DNA from: a virus
Lineage: Duplodnaviria; Heunggongvirae; Uroviricota; Caudoviricetes
Virus record (IMG/VR): IMGVR_UViG_2565956713_000001
Length of the DNA stretch: 64,000 nt
Strand: one strand, 5' to 3'
Shown one piece after another: positions 13,252-23,122 of this stretch (position 1 is the first letter of the stretch; each line of letters starts with the position of its first letter). Below the pieces are notes generated by a model. The model was given only the letters and a program-made list of their open reading frames with translations. It was not told where the DNA came from and made no database searches. The position numbers and the translations under genes were made by a program.

Positions 13252-13497
13252 TTGGCAGAACGTGTTGATGATGCAGAGCTGAGCATGAATCAATTAGAAG
13301 CTCTCAAAGACATGGCCATCGATAACATCAGAAAGCAGGCACAGGTCGTGAGCCAGGTATTTACAGGGAAGTGTCGTTACTGCAATGAACCGATCGAATC
13401 AGGCATCTATTGTGACGCTGAGTGTGCGCAATGGCACAGGGAAGAGCAGGCCGCAAAACAGCGTAAATATGGCATGCGACCGGCAGGATTTGACTGA
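13252..13497 (+). CDS. DksA/TraR-type C4 zinc-finger protein
   Basis: CRYCNEPIE...CDAEC four-cysteine motif near the C-terminus of an 81-aa protein. Confidence 0.5.
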   Translation: MAERVDDAELSMNQLEALKDMAIDNIRKQAQVVSQVFTGKCRYCNEPIESGIYCDAECAQWHREEQAAKQRKYGMRPAGFD

Positions 13498-13499
13498 TT

Positions 13500-14078
13500 A
13501 TGTTGCGCTTTACTGAGGAAGAGTTTCAGGCTTTTAGTGAGCGTCGAAATAAGGGGCGGTCCAGGCCAAAAACCAAAAAGGATCCATTCTTATCGCTTGC
13601 GCCGGTAAAAGAAGTTTCTCCACATGCGAAGGCACTTGCAGCACTGGCAAAGAACCCAGACCTGCGCGACGGAAATTGCGAGCACTTCGAGCAGGTTTTC
13701 ATTTTTGATTACTTCGAACGCAAGCACCCTGACATCTATGAGCTGTTGCATGCAACGCCTAACGGAGGGAAACGTTCAAAAGCAACCGCCGGGAAAATGA
13801 AGGCTGAAGGGCAGAAAAAAGGTTATCCGGACATGAGTCTCGATAAAGCATGCGGTATTTATCACGGCATGCGAATTGAGCTTAAAGAACCAAATGGTAA
13901 AGCCCCGACGAAAGAGCAGATCGCCTGGATGCGCAGGCTTAGAGAGGAAGGTTACTACGTCGTTCTTGCGTATGGTGCAGAACAAGCGATAACCGCCATC
14001 CTGGAATACATGAGCCTTAAAAAGGGTGAGGCTATTGAGCATGTATTGAACGGTGACAAGTGGTTGTACGCTACGTGA
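13500..14078 (+). CDS. VRR-NUC domain nuclease (PD-(D/E)xK fold)
   Basis: GYPDMSL...GMRIELK pattern typical of VRR-NUC; basic N-terminus. Confidence 0.55.
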   Translation: MLRFTEEEFQAFSERRNKGRSRPKTKKDPFLSLAPVKEVSPHAKALAALAKNPDLRDGNCEHFEQVFIFDYFERKHPDIYELLHATPNGGKRSKATAGKMKAEGQKKGYPDMSLDKACGIYHGMRIELKEPNGKAPTKEQIAWMRRLREEGYYVVLAYGAEQAITAILEYMSLKKGEAIEHVLNGDKWLYAT

Positions 14079-14083
14079 AATAA

Positions 14084-14100
14084 TAAATTAATTAGTGCAT
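14084..14100 (-). promoter_or_regulatory. Weak C1 operator-like site
   Basis: AATAAATTAATTAGTGCAT resembles the reverse-complemented operator with one indel. Confidence 0.3.
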
Positions 14101-14242
14101 ATGTGTATCTTTGATACAGCGCACATTAACATCGGGAGAATAATCGTGTCATCCAAGGCTAATTATGAATCGCTGGCATCGATCATGCCGCGTAATGAAC
14201 AGGAAGCAGATGCTGTAGTGGACCCGGTAATCGCTGAAATGA

Positions 14243-14905
14243 ATGCTCGCCTGGAGGCTGAATTTGCAGCTGAGAATGAACATACCACCCAGGGCGACTA
14301 GGACTGTTTTTTGTGTCGGTAGCGGTCCGTCACTCACTCGTGAGGACTGTGCTGCTATAGAAAAAACTGGCTGTTCAATCATCGCGGTTAACAATTCCTG
14401 GCAGATGTTCGATGACATTTATGCCTTATACGCCGGTGATTTGTCATGGTGGAAGCAATACGGATCCACCATACCGGGAGGGAAATTCCGCAAAGTGACA
14501 GCCAACCTGGCGGCGGCGAAATCATTTTCGTTGGAGTACAGGCGATATTGTGGACCGGCGGAAGGGGTAAATAGCGGCGCGCAGGCTATCAGTCTGGCTG
14601 CTGAATCAGGGGCTGAAGTAGTTGTATTAGTCGGCTATGACTGTTCTCTGCAAAACGGCCTTCATTGGCATGGCGCGCACCCTCAAGCCCTACGGAATCC
14701 AACGCAGGTGTCTATTTCAAAATGGCAACAGCAGTTCCTGGATACCCGCAAAAAACACGCAGATTTACATATTTTGAATGCAAGTAGGAGCAGTGCAATT
14801 CAATGTTTCCCAAGAATAAATTTAGAGGCAGTGATCGCGTTATTATCGTCGGCAGTGGCCCAAGCGCCGCAAACTTTGTTGCGCCGCGCGGAGTGCCGAT
14901 TATAG
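14243..14905 (+). CDS. Hypothetical protein with GSGPS motif (DUF115/MptE-like fold suspected); paralog of the next gene
   Basis: VGSGPSLT, AVNNS, VVLVGYD motifs shared with the following ORF; true start may be the internal ATG near 14276. Confidence 0.4.
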   Translation: MLAWRLNLQLRMNIPPRATRTVFCVGSGPSLTREDCAAIEKTGCSIIAVNNSWQMFDDIYALYAGDLSWWKQYGSTIPGGKFRKVTANLAAAKSFSLEYRRYCGPAEGVNSGAQAISLAAESGAEVVVLVGYDCSLQNGLHWHGAHPQALRNPTQVSISKWQQQFLDTRKKHADLHILNASRSSAIQCFPRINLEAVIALLSSAVAQAPQTLLRRAECRL

Positions 14906-15429
14906 CGGTCAATGGGGCCATCGACTGGCTGAACCGCGCTTCTTATTTTTTCACACTTGATCCATCGCCAGACAATATGCGGCGCGTTGGTCGTGGCCGC
15001 CGTCGCCGTGGTGTTTGTTATTGCATGGCACTACCCGATGTTAAAGAACGTGAAGTCAGAGACGGCGTTCTGTGCTTCCGTCGTGTGGCTGAACGTGGCA
15101 TGGAGCCAAAAAATACGAATTCTCCCGAGTGGTGGGCGTGGCGCTGGTCCGCACATTTCGGACTTTGCGAAGATGAGAATGAAATTGCCAGCGGCAATAG
15201 TGCATATGGTGCTCTGAACCTGGCTTTCCATATCGGATTCAAACATGTCGCCCTGGTGGGCGTTGACGCTACACAAGAACCACGCGTTCACTCCGGCGGC
15301 ACGCCAAAAAATCTAAGTCACCTGCCTTTGTTATTCCAGTCTGCGCGTGAACGGATTGACGTTGTTTCATGCGGGAAAATGGGAGGTATTCCGCAGATGA
15401 CTCTTAAAGAATGGCTGAAGAATACATGA
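14803..15429 (+). CDS. Hypothetical protein with GSGPS motif, paralog of the preceding gene
   Basis: [23 protein letters not shown] motifs mirror the upstream ORF. Confidence 0.4.
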   Translation: MFPKNKFRGSDRVIIVGSGPSAANFVAPRGVPIIAVNGAIDWLNRASYFFTLDPSPDNMRRVGRGRRRRGVCYCMALPDVKEREVRDGVLCFRRVAERGMEPKNTNSPEWWAWRWSAHFGLCEDENEIASGNSAYGALNLAFHIGFKHVALVGVDATQEPRVHSGGTPKNLSHLPLLFQSARERIDVVSCGKMGGIPQMTLKEWLKNT

Positions 15430-16103
15430 TGGCACCCACAATTTATCACCGTATCGACGGTACCAAATACAGGAATGTCTGGGTTGTTGGTGATCTGCAT
15501 GGTTGCTACACCAGACTGATGTCCGAACTCCATCGTGTGGATTTTGACCCGGCGCAGGATTTACTGATATCGGTCGGCGACCTTATCGATCGCGGTACTG
15601 AAAATGTCGAATGTCTGGAACTATTGCAGATGCCCTGGTTCAGGGCAGTGATGGGGAACCATGAGCGGCTGATGATTGATGCGTTAAGTCCAGATGGCAA
15701 CGTGAATAACTGGCTAATGAATGGCGGACAATGGTTCTTCATGCTGGACACTGATCAGGAAATATTAGCCTGGACGCTGGTGGAGCTGGTAAAGCGTCTG
15801 CCCTATATCATTGAGTTGAACACCGGGCAAGAAACTATCGTTATAGCCCATGCCGACTATCCGGATAATGAATACCAATTCGGTAAGGAGGTACCGCTTT
15901 TCAACGTTGTCTGGGCGCGCGAGCGTATCAGTGATTCGATGGATGATATTGGTGGCGAAATTTCGGGCGCAGATCGTTTTATCTTTGGTCACACTCCGGT
16001 GAAAAGCCCGAAGACATTCTGGAATCAGCAGTATATCGACACTGGTGCCGTATTTTGCGGAAACCTGACATTGATGAAAGTGAAAGGTGATGGTGCAGCA
16101 TGA
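15411..16103 (+). CDS. pap: Ser/Thr metallophosphatase (lambda PPase-like; P1 Pap)
   Basis: GDLHG, GDLIDRG and GNHE metallophosphoesterase motifs. Confidence 0.75.
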   Translation: MAEEYMMAPTIYHRIDGTKYRNVWVVGDLHGCYTRLMSELHRVDFDPAQDLLISVGDLIDRGTENVECLELLQMPWFRAVMGNHERLMIDALSPDGNVNNWLMNGGQWFFMLDTDQEILAWTLVELVKRLPYIIELNTGQETIVIAHADYPDNEYQFGKEVPLFNVVWARERISDSMDDIGGEISGADRFIFGHTPVKSPKTFWNQQYIDTGAVFCGNLTLMKVKGDGAA

Positions 16104-16801
16104 AGATTGCTTTAGTTCTTCGCTCTGGTGGTGACTATAACGCTTCCGATGTGCAGTGGCTGGTTAATCAACTGCCAAAAGACTATGAAATTATTTGCCT
16201 GACAGACCTGAAGTGTTTACATGTACCTGGCGTCAAAGTTATCCCATTGATCAACCAGTGGCAAAAGTGCCGTGGCTGGTGGGCGAAAATCGAGTTGTTC
16301 CGACCGGATATAACCGATGATCTGTTCTATCTGGATTTGGACACGGTTATTGCCGGTGATATACGCCCAATCCTAGAGCATCCACCAACCAGCTTCACCA
16401 TGCTTAGGGATTTTTACCATCCACAATATCGTGGCAGCGGTGCCCTGTGGATACCAAATAGTGTTAAAGCGCATATCTGGAGTTCATTCTGGCAAGATCC
16501 GGAAGGTTGGATTTCTCGTTGTGTCACTACTGAGTGCTGGGGTGACCAGGGGTTCTTACGAAAGGTTATGGGCGATGATACACCAGCATTTCAGGATCTG
16601 TATCCAGGATGGTTTGTAAGTTACAAGGCCGATGTTGTGGAACCTGGTTCAAAATATGCGAGCGCGCGTTACTCCAGGGGGAATGGGGCATTACCAAAAG
16701 ACTGCCGAATAATCTTTTTCCACGGCAAACCGCGACCTCGCGAAGTGTCAGAGGATTGGCTTCCCCTTATCAGCTCATTTTTTGAGCGAGAATCAGAATA
16801 A
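16100..16801 (+). CDS. Hypothetical protein, possible nucleotide-sugar transferase (DxD-like YLDLDTV)
   Basis: 233-aa ORF overlapping the pap stop; DLD motif in a GT-A-like context. Confidence 0.4.
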   Translation: MKIALVLRSGGDYNASDVQWLVNQLPKDYEIICLTDLKCLHVPGVKVIPLINQWQKCRGWWAKIELFRPDITDDLFYLDLDTVIAGDIRPILEHPPTSFTMLRDFYHPQYRGSGALWIPNSVKAHIWSSFWQDPEGWISRCVTTECWGDQGFLRKVMGDDTPAFQDLYPGWFVSYKADVVEPGSKYASARYSRGNGALPKDCRIIFFHGKPRPREVSEDWLPLISSFFERESE

Positions 16802-16802
16802 T

Positions 16803-16819
16803 ATTGCTCTAATAATTCC
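16803..16819 (+). promoter_or_regulatory. C1 operator (ATTGCTCTAATAATTCC)
   Basis: 14/17 consensus match immediately after the stop codon. Confidence 0.55.
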
Positions 16820-16827
16820 ATATTTTT

Positions 16828-16857
16828 AAAACGTGATGTACACTCATCACGTTTTTT
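16828..16857 (+). terminator. Rho-independent terminator, flanked by inverted C1 operators
   Basis: 11-bp stem AAAACGTGATG/CATCACGTTTT with 6-nt loop followed by a T6 run. Confidence 0.6.
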
Positions 16858-16868
16858 ATTAGAGCAAT
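16852..16868 (-). promoter_or_regulatory. C1 operator (ATTGCTCTAATAAAAAA on minus strand)
   Basis: 13/17 consensus match in inverted orientation to the 16803 operator. Confidence 0.5.
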
Positions 16869-16882
16869 CTACAAGGTGCACT

Positions 16883-17101
16883 ATGTGGCCATTCCGACGG
16901 AAATATCACTACTGGCTGATCGCCTTTGTTACGCCGACCGGCGGTATCAGGCATGTCATCACCAGGTATCGCAACAAGAGACTCACCTTAGCCAGAATTT
17001 TACAGGCTGCCATAGGTGAGGGACTGGATACAAATTGCGTAGTCCTTCCTCCTTCATACTTAGGAAAAATGACCGAAGCACAAGCTAATACGGAACTTTG
17101 A
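16883..17101 (+). CDS. Hypothetical small protein
   Basis: 72-aa ORF between operator pair and the next gene. Confidence 0.35.
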   Translation: MWPFRRKYHYWLIAFVTPTGGIRHVITRYRNKRLTLARILQAAIGEGLDTNCVVLPPSYLGKMTEAQANTEL

Positions 17102-17102
17102 A

Positions 17103-18365
17103 ATGATCACTTCAGCACAAAACCAATCAATCGAAAATGTATCTATCCCTGACGTCCTGAATGCCGGTATCCCGGCCATTATCCAGAACATCCGGGCCGC
17201 GCAACGCCGCGTTAGTTGTGATGACCTCACAGCGCGTTTTTTTGATAATGCGGTTCAGTCAGCGGAGATGCTTCACGCACAGCTTATTGATGTTTATAAC
17301 GCAGAAGCTGATAGCCATAACTCCCTGGTAGATGCAGCTGAAAATATGCAGTTGGATCTCGGTCTGAAGGGTAAAGAAATTGAAGAGCTTCAGCTACAAA
17401 TTGAACATTTGAAACGCCAGCAACAGGACGCGATCGACGATGCGACGCATGACGCCAACCAGCGTGCTGATAATGCCGAACGTATAAGCATTGAGCTGGA
17501 AACAAAACTCAATGAAATGACCGCGATGGTTGAACTGCGGAACTCACAGATTTCAACGCTAAAATCTCAATATAAAGAGATCATGAAACTTGATCCTTTT
17601 AACCTTGAGAAACGCTATAACAAAGCTAAAAGCGAGCGACAGGAACTGCGTAAGCAGGTCGCCGACCTTAACCAACAGCTCAAAAAAACTATTAAAGATG
17701 CAAGCGAAGCGCGCGTGGCATTTGCTAATAAAAAAGCAGAGGTTACCGCGCTGGTTAATGAGAATGCCAAATTTGCGACGCTCAAGAAGGAAATGTATGG
17801 CATTACTGAGCGCCGTTTCCCTGCAAGCAAACTTCATCCGACGTTAGGGCAAATCTCCTTCTTCCCGCGCCTCCTGGCTTATGGGATCTCATCGCCTAAA
17901 GAGTTCAATAACGAGCGTCCTTATATCGTTTCTAAGCTGGACTTTGCTTATCAGTTCTGCTGCGACATGGGCTATGCCATTGATATCCGGATCAACGAAT
18001 GGTTGATGCCAAACTTCCAGCCGTTGGCCATTTTCCGCGAGTTCCAGCCGGAAGGTTGGGTAGAGTTCTTCCATGAATTGATCTGTAAAGAGATGGAAAG
18101 CCGCCGCCCGGAACTGGTCCGTCGAGTTGAGTGGGCGCAAGAGGTTATGTTGGCAGAGGCAGAGCTGCCGTTCGAACCGGAATTTATTGATGATCTGGCA
18201 GCTAAAGGGCTGCATACCCTGTTTGATGTGGTTACCCGCCGTCATGAGCAGTTGGTTGTCGAATTGGGTTTAGAGGAAACAGCGGCAAGAAGACTTCTCG
18301 ATGTTTGCTATGCACGTAGCGATGCATGGGAAAAAGAGAACGGCGGCACTATTTACGTTCGCTGA
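17103..18365 (+). CDS. Hypothetical protein with long central coiled coil
   Basis: 420-aa ORF; heptad-rich Q/E/K/L central region. Confidence 0.45.
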   Translation: MITSAQNQSIENVSIPDVLNAGIPAIIQNIRAAQRRVSCDDLTARFFDNAVQSAEMLHAQLIDVYNAEADSHNSLVDAAENMQLDLGLKGKEIEELQLQIEHLKRQQQDAIDDATHDANQRADNAERISIELETKLNEMTAMVELRNSQISTLKSQYKEIMKLDPFNLEKRYNKAKSERQELRKQVADLNQQLKKTIKDASEARVAFANKKAEVTALVNENAKFATLKKEMYGITERRFPASKLHPTLGQISFFPRLLAYGISSPKEFNNERPYIVSKLDFAYQFCCDMGYAIDIRINEWLMPNFQPLAIFREFQPEGWVEFFHELICKEMESRRPELVRRVEWAQEVMLAEAELPFEPEFIDDLAAKGLHTLFDVVTRRHEQLVVELGLEETAARRLLDVCYARSDAWEKENGGTIYVR

Positions 18366-18384
18366 TAGTTACAGTGTCACTTTT

Positions 18385-18420
18385 AATGCTGGTGGAGTGC
18401 GTCCCACCAGCATTTTTTTC
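18385..18420 (+). terminator. Rho-independent terminator whose stem carries Chi (GCTGGTGG) in both orientations
   Basis: AATGCTGGTGG-AGTGCGTC-CCACCAGCATT hairpin followed by a T6 run. Confidence 0.65.
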
Positions 18421-18438
18421 GTCCAATGAGGAGGGCAT

Positions 18439-18945
18439 TTGAGTATTTTCAATAAACACGCACACCAGGAACGTCCGTATATCGTCATAGTAGATATTGA
18501 TGGGACGATATCGGAGGCAACGGAAGACAGACTGCATTTGCTTCCGCCACCAGGTAAAGGTGCATTAACAAAGGACTGGAACGAGTTTAATCTCGCCTGT
18601 GACACCGATACTCCCATCACTCCAGTTATTGATATGGTGCGCCAGTTATTTAACGTTTACACGGTCTGGTTTGTAACCGGGCGCTGTGAGATCGCAAGGG
18701 ATAAAACACGAGCTTGGCTGCGGAAGTACGTAACAAACGGGGCTGAGCCTTTGCTATCTATGCGTCCTGCCACCGATGACAGAAATGACGGCCCAGCAAA
18801 GATTGATCTCCTGAAGAAAATTGGTCTAAATAAAATTGCGTTCGCGCTGGAAGATAAGATTGAAGTGGCGCGTGTTTTCAGGAGTCACGGCGTACTTACG
18901 TTAATGGTCAGGGAGTATGAAAACGCGCTTCTCCATCAACAATAA
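18439..18945 (+). CDS. HAD-superfamily phosphatase-like protein
   Basis: N-terminal IVDIDGT motif (HAD motif I) in a 168-aa protein. Confidence 0.5.
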   Translation: MSIFNKHAHQERPYIVIVDIDGTISEATEDRLHLLPPPGKGALTKDWNEFNLACDTDTPITPVIDMVRQLFNVYTVWFVTGRCEIARDKTRAWLRKYVTNGAEPLLSMRPATDDRNDGPAKIDLLKKIGLNKIAFALEDKIEVARVFRSHGVLTLMVREYENALLHQQ

Positions 18946-18961
18946 TTGCTCTAATAAATCT
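18945..18961 (+). promoter_or_regulatory. C1 operator (ATTGCTCTAATAAATCT)
   Basis: 16/17 consensus match overlapping the upstream stop codon. Confidence 0.65.
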
Positions 18962-19139
18962 TGATTTTTAAAACAGAGAAAGTGAAAATAAAAACATGCC
19001 GTAAGGCGCGGCATGTATCCAATCAATCACAGGAGCTGAAAATATGAACACGGCATTCAAAATCATTATGGCCGCGATCTATTTCTGGCTGTTCTCTATC
19101 ACTTTTGGCGGCATCGTCGCGCATGGGTAAGGGGGATGC

Positions 19140-19865
19140 ATGAAAGGCGAAGTGAAAGAGCGCGGCATGATTTTCAACGATGAGATGGTCCGAGCCATCC
19201 TCGAAGGAAGGAAAACGCAGACGCGGCGGATAATGAAAAATCAGCCTGCGGAAGTTGGTCCAGAAGCACCAGTGATGGTTAGGGAAATTGGTGCAGGTTT
19301 TCAGTGGTACGGGGCTGATGGTGTAAGCAGTGTTTTCAATTGCCCCTTTGGTATCGTCGGCGATCGAATTTGGGTTCGTGAAACATGGGCGATATTAGGC
19401 AATGAAGATGGTTGCAGTGTGGACTGGAACGACAACCTTTGTCGTGGCGATGAGAAGAACGCAGCAAGGATTTATCGGGCCAGTTGTGAGCAAAAGCCTG
19501 GTGATTACGGTTTATGGTCGATACCCGATGATGCCGACTGGAAACCTCACACTGTGAATGAAAAGTTTGATGGTGGGTGGCGTCCATCAATTCACATGCC
19601 GCGATGGGCATCACGCATCCTGTTGGAAATTACCAACGTGCGCGTTGAGCGGTTGAACGATATCAGCGAATGCGATGCAAGGGATGAGGGCGTTCCGCCT
19701 GCTGGAAGTTTGCTTCCTGATCACCCGGGAACATTCCTTACTCCCAAGGGGGATTTCGCAATGGCCAAGGTTGCGTTCCAGCGCCTGTGGGAATCCATCT
19801 ACGGCGAAGAAAGCTGGAGTGCTAATCCCTGGGTTTGGGTAATCGAGTTTGAGCGTATTCAGTAG
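19140..19865 (+). CDS. Hypothetical protein (ASCH/PUA-like N-terminus suspected)
   Basis: N-terminal MIFNDEMVRAILEGRKTQTRR pattern recalled from phage ASCH-like proteins; not verified. Confidence 0.4.
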   Translation: MKGEVKERGMIFNDEMVRAILEGRKTQTRRIMKNQPAEVGPEAPVMVREIGAGFQWYGADGVSSVFNCPFGIVGDRIWVRETWAILGNEDGCSVDWNDNLCRGDEKNAARIYRASCEQKPGDYGLWSIPDDADWKPHTVNEKFDGGWRPSIHMPRWASRILLEITNVRVERLNDISECDARDEGVPPAGSLLPDHPGTFLTPKGDFAMAKVAFQRLWESIYGEESWSANPWVWVIEFERIQ

Positions 19866-19874
19866 GGCGAGCGT

Positions 19875-20096
19875 ATGCAATCAGTTATTTGTGAGGAAGT
19901 CGGCCTGAATAAAGCATCCCCAGCAGAGTTAAGAGCAAGTCTCGAAATGGCGCATAGCCTTGCTCAAATTGGTGTCAGGTTTGTACCAATTCCAGTTGAA
20001 ACAGATGAAGAATTTCACAGGTTAGCGGCATCGGCAGCACAAAAGCTGGAAATCATGGCAGCGAAAGTAGAGAAAGCTGAAGGAGCGACAAAATGA
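19875..20096 (+). CDS. Hypothetical small protein
   Basis: 73-aa ORF, tightly packed same-strand array. Confidence 0.35.
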   Translation: MQSVICEEVGLNKASPAELRASLEMAHSLAQIGVRFVPIPVETDEEFHRLAASAAQKLEIMAAKVEKAEGATK

Positions 20097-20308
20097 GCAA
20101 GCCAACCGACGAAGAAATAGTTCGGGTGTTGGAAGAACACGGGCGCTGTATGACTTACGTCGTGACCAACTGGCTTAGGGATAAATATCGCACACTCAAA
20201 ACGGCATACGTTTTGCGTCGTCTAAAGAAACTGGAGTTCGACGGGAAAGTAAAGCGCGTTAACAGTTCTTATATAAGACAAATTTGCTGGGAGGCATCCA
20301 GTGAGTAA
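20093..20308 (+). CDS. Hypothetical small protein
   Basis: 71-aa ORF overlapping upstream stop. Confidence 0.35.
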   Translation: MSKPTDEEIVRVLEEHGRCMTYVVTNWLRDKYRTLKTAYVLRRLKKLEFDGKVKRVNSSYIRQICWEASSE

Positions 20309-20945
20309 CCGTTTTTACATGATGTGCTTGCGTGAAACTGTGGGTAATAACGCCTCATTCCATTGCCATAACGGCAATGGTTACAGTTCTGATATCGATC
20401 GCGCTCATGTTTACACGCAGGAAGAAGCCCAAAAAGCCTGGAATTGTGGTCGAGATATCGATCAGCCTGTTTGCGCTGATAGCGTGGATGCAATGGCTGT
20501 GTGGCACGTTGATTGCCAGTACATCCCTACAGAAAGCCTGATTGAGTCAGATTGCACTGCGTATGTGGCCTACAAAAAAGGTAGCTGGAACGGCAACGAT
20601 GTTTACTGGCTTCAACACGGTGGATTGCCAACAGATGACTTCAGTAAAGCGACCATCTTTAGCGTCGCCAACAAAAACGAACCAGGAATAGTTTGGTTGC
20701 CATTTTCCATTGCTGATGCAGCAAAGCGTCGGACGTTCAATATCAATAACTTTAACCGCAGAACAATGGTTCAGGGCGCAGGTTTGGTCATGCCTGACTG
20801 GTTGGAAGAGCAGAACAGAAGAAAGAAGTCGCGAAGCGGGAAGGTGCGTTGGAATTGTCCGCATTGCGGAAAAATAACCTGGCAGTACAGCCCATATGAT
20901 TTTGAAGGCTGTAGTGATTACAACTGTGAAGGATGGCGAGAATGA
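20301..20945 (+). CDS. Hypothetical protein with C-terminal Cys cluster (CPHCG...C...C)
   Basis: 214-aa ORF, overlapping neighbours. Confidence 0.4.
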   Translation: MSNRFYMMCLRETVGNNASFHCHNGNGYSSDIDRAHVYTQEEAQKAWNCGRDIDQPVCADSVDAMAVWHVDCQYIPTESLIESDCTAYVAYKKGSWNGNDVYWLQHGGLPTDDFSKATIFSVANKNEPGIVWLPFSIADAAKRRTFNINNFNRRTMVQGAGLVMPDWLEEQNRRKKSRSGKVRWNCPHCGKITWQYSPYDFEGCSDYNCEGWRE

Positions 20946-21640
20946 CAATTAACTATCAGGTACTGCGTGAGGCGGCAGAAAAGGCAACACCAGACGAATG
21001 GGTCGCATTTATTTCGACGGATACTGGTACTTATGCGGTGCACACGCCCGGTGATGAACGATGTGAAGACGTTATCAAATGGACCGGCTTTGATGGACAG
21101 AAAAATGCAGAGAACAACGCTCGTCATGTTGCCGCGTTCAACCCAAAGGTTGCACTGGAGCTGCTTGGTGAAATTAAGTGCCTGGAGGACACAAAAATTG
21201 ATGCTATGTGTCGAATTGCAGAGCTTGAGACTAATCTCGCGGCGCTGGTGGCAGAGAACGCCGGGCTGAAACACGCAATGGCCGTAACTCTTGAGCATGT
21301 GTCGGTCACGGATGCAGGGCAGACCGGAGTTGCTGCAATGATTATCAACGATGCCCTGCACCACAGCGAAACTCCAGCTACCGATGCTTTTCTGGCTGAA
21401 ATTCGTGCGGAAGCACGCAACGAGGGGATTAACTATACCGCCAGCCGTCTTGCTGCTGCGTTCAATCACGGATTTATCAATAAGTCTTTGCGTGAAGTTT
21501 TCGACGTTACACGCATGATTTTGTCAGCGAAAGAAGAGTTGGCTAATGAAGCGCATCCGATTGATGGCCTGTCTGGTGAATATGCGGAGAAATCCCTTGA
21601 AGAATGGGCGGAACAGATTCGCAAAGGAAGCAGCCAGTGA
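20933..21640 (+). CDS. Ea22-like protein (paralog family member)
   Basis: N-terminal INYQVLREAAEKA and internal PATDAFLAEIRAEA motifs shared with the 21924 and 22634 ORFs. Confidence 0.5.
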   Translation: MARMTINYQVLREAAEKATPDEWVAFISTDTGTYAVHTPGDERCEDVIKWTGFDGQKNAENNARHVAAFNPKVALELLGEIKCLEDTKIDAMCRIAELETNLAALVAENAGLKHAMAVTLEHVSVTDAGQTGVAAMIINDALHHSETPATDAFLAEIRAEARNEGINYTASRLAAAFNHGFINKSLREVFDVTRMILSAKEELANEAHPIDGLSGEYAEKSLEEWAEQIRKGSSQ

Positions 21641-21927
21641 ATATCGACACGACAATAACGATCGATACGCTCCTAAATACCGGTCTGGCACTTCTCGGTT
21701 GGCTTTACATCATGTCCCGTACATGGCGATGGCTGGGTTCCATTTTCCTAAAACAGTGGAAAAAACGGCGCAAACAGGAACTACGCCAGAAGGCATTAGA
21801 AGCGTTCTATGACGCATTTGAGCTTAGCCGCATTGAACCAGGTACAACAGCCAGGATAGCGACAAAAGGCGACCTGATGATAGTGATGTTCCGACAGGAG
21901 AGAGCAGAGAAAGGGGAATCAGCATGA
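21604..21927 (+). CDS. Small membrane protein (likely starting at an internal ATG)
   Basis: Hydrophobic segment LALLGWLYIMS; overlaps the upstream ORF end. Confidence 0.35.
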   Translation: MGGTDSQRKQPVNIDTTITIDTLLNTGLALLGWLYIMSRTWRWLGSIFLKQWKKRRKQELRQKALEAFYDAFELSRIEPGTTARIATKGDLMIVMFRQERAEKGESA

Positions 21928-22637
21928 AATTTTCCAAATTTTCTGAGTTGGTGAATCGTATTTTGTCCAACAACCACAGCCATCGTCGCGATATGGATGT
22001 AACAATCGTTGTTCATTCGCCTGGCAGCATTGGTTCAACACCTTCAGTTGAGGTTCAGTCAATTCACGCTGGTTTTGATTGGGATTCCGGGAAAGTGCTT
22101 ATTTTCCCATCACAGCCACTGACCACGCTAACACCAGAACAGATTACTGATATCACTGATAGTGTGCGCAAAGGTCAGTCTTGGCACGCATATCAGGAAT
22201 ACAAGAAGCATCAAGAGCAGTTGGAAAAATTGTCGATTGAACTGGAGGCCGCAAAACAGCGCATTGCAGAGCTGGATGGTAATCGCACGGCGCTGGCAGT
22301 GGAGAATGCCTCAATGAAGCTGTTTATCAGGGGCTGTTGCTACGTGTTTGATGGCCAGCAGGATGAAATATCTGATGCGTATATCTGCGCAACAGACGGA
22401 GGGATGCCGCAAATTCCAGCCACCGACGCTTTCCTGGCTGAAGTTCGGGCGCAGGGGGTGGATGCTGCTATAGAAGCTGCAAAAAATCTGGTGGCCCAAG
22501 AATATGAGTATAAGGATTTCAAAGCGGCGCAGAGTGATTGCTGTATGCACCCTGGTTCAGACCTGGTAGGGAAGGTTGAAATGACTGAGTGGTTAGTTGA
22601 CTTTGCTGCCCAGCTTCGCAAAGGAGGCAACCAGTGA
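21924..22637 (+). CDS. Ea22-like protein (paralog family member)
   Basis: PATDAFLAEVRAQGV and C-terminal LRKGGNQ shared with the 20933 ORF. Confidence 0.5.
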   Translation: MKFSKFSELVNRILSNNHSHRRDMDVTIVVHSPGSIGSTPSVEVQSIHAGFDWDSGKVLIFPSQPLTTLTPEQITDITDSVRKGQSWHAYQEYKKHQEQLEKLSIELEAAKQRIAELDGNRTALAVENASMKLFIRGCCYVFDGQQDEISDAYICATDGGMPQIPATDAFLAEVRAQGVDAAIEAAKNLVAQEYEYKDFKAAQSDCCMHPGSDLVGKVEMTEWLVDFAAQLRKGGNQ

Positions 22638-23122
22638 GCGAAATTAATTACCAGGCACTGCGTGAGGCGGCGGAACGTGCAATTCCAGCAATGGAACGCC
22701 TGTTAATGTTGCCAGTTGATGATGATTTGTTAAGTGAACAGGAACTTAAAGATTACGGTGTGGATATTGATGCGCTCAACGCCTTCAAATTTCTGGCCGG
22801 ACCAGAAACCGTGCTGGCACTACTGGATGAACGGGAAAGAAACCAGCAATACATCAAATCCCGCGACCAGGAGAACGAGGATATTGCGCTAACGGTAGGG
22901 AAGTTGCGCGTTGAGCTTGAGGCAGAAAAACAGCGGGCAAAGGATCTGTTTATGGAAAATGCTCGGCTTAAGTCAGGTATAGCCGGTCTGATACACCTCG
23001 GTATTCGATATGCAGATGTTGATGTCATGAAAATTGCTGGAGATGCCCAGCTTTCTACCCCATGCACTGACAGCATCATAAACAGCATTGCAACAGGCAT
23101 TCGCATCAACGGAGGTGAGTAG
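22634..23122 (+). CDS. Ea22-like protein
   Basis: MSEINYQALREAAE... and LLDERERNQQYIKSRDQENEDIALTVGKLRVELE match the lambda Ea22 signature as recalled. Confidence 0.6.
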   Translation: MSEINYQALREAAERAIPAMERLLMLPVDDDLLSEQELKDYGVDIDALNAFKFLAGPETVLALLDERERNQQYIKSRDQENEDIALTVGKLRVELEAEKQRAKDLFMENARLKSGIAGLIHLGIRYADVDVMKIAGDAQLSTPCTDSIINSIATGIRINGGE

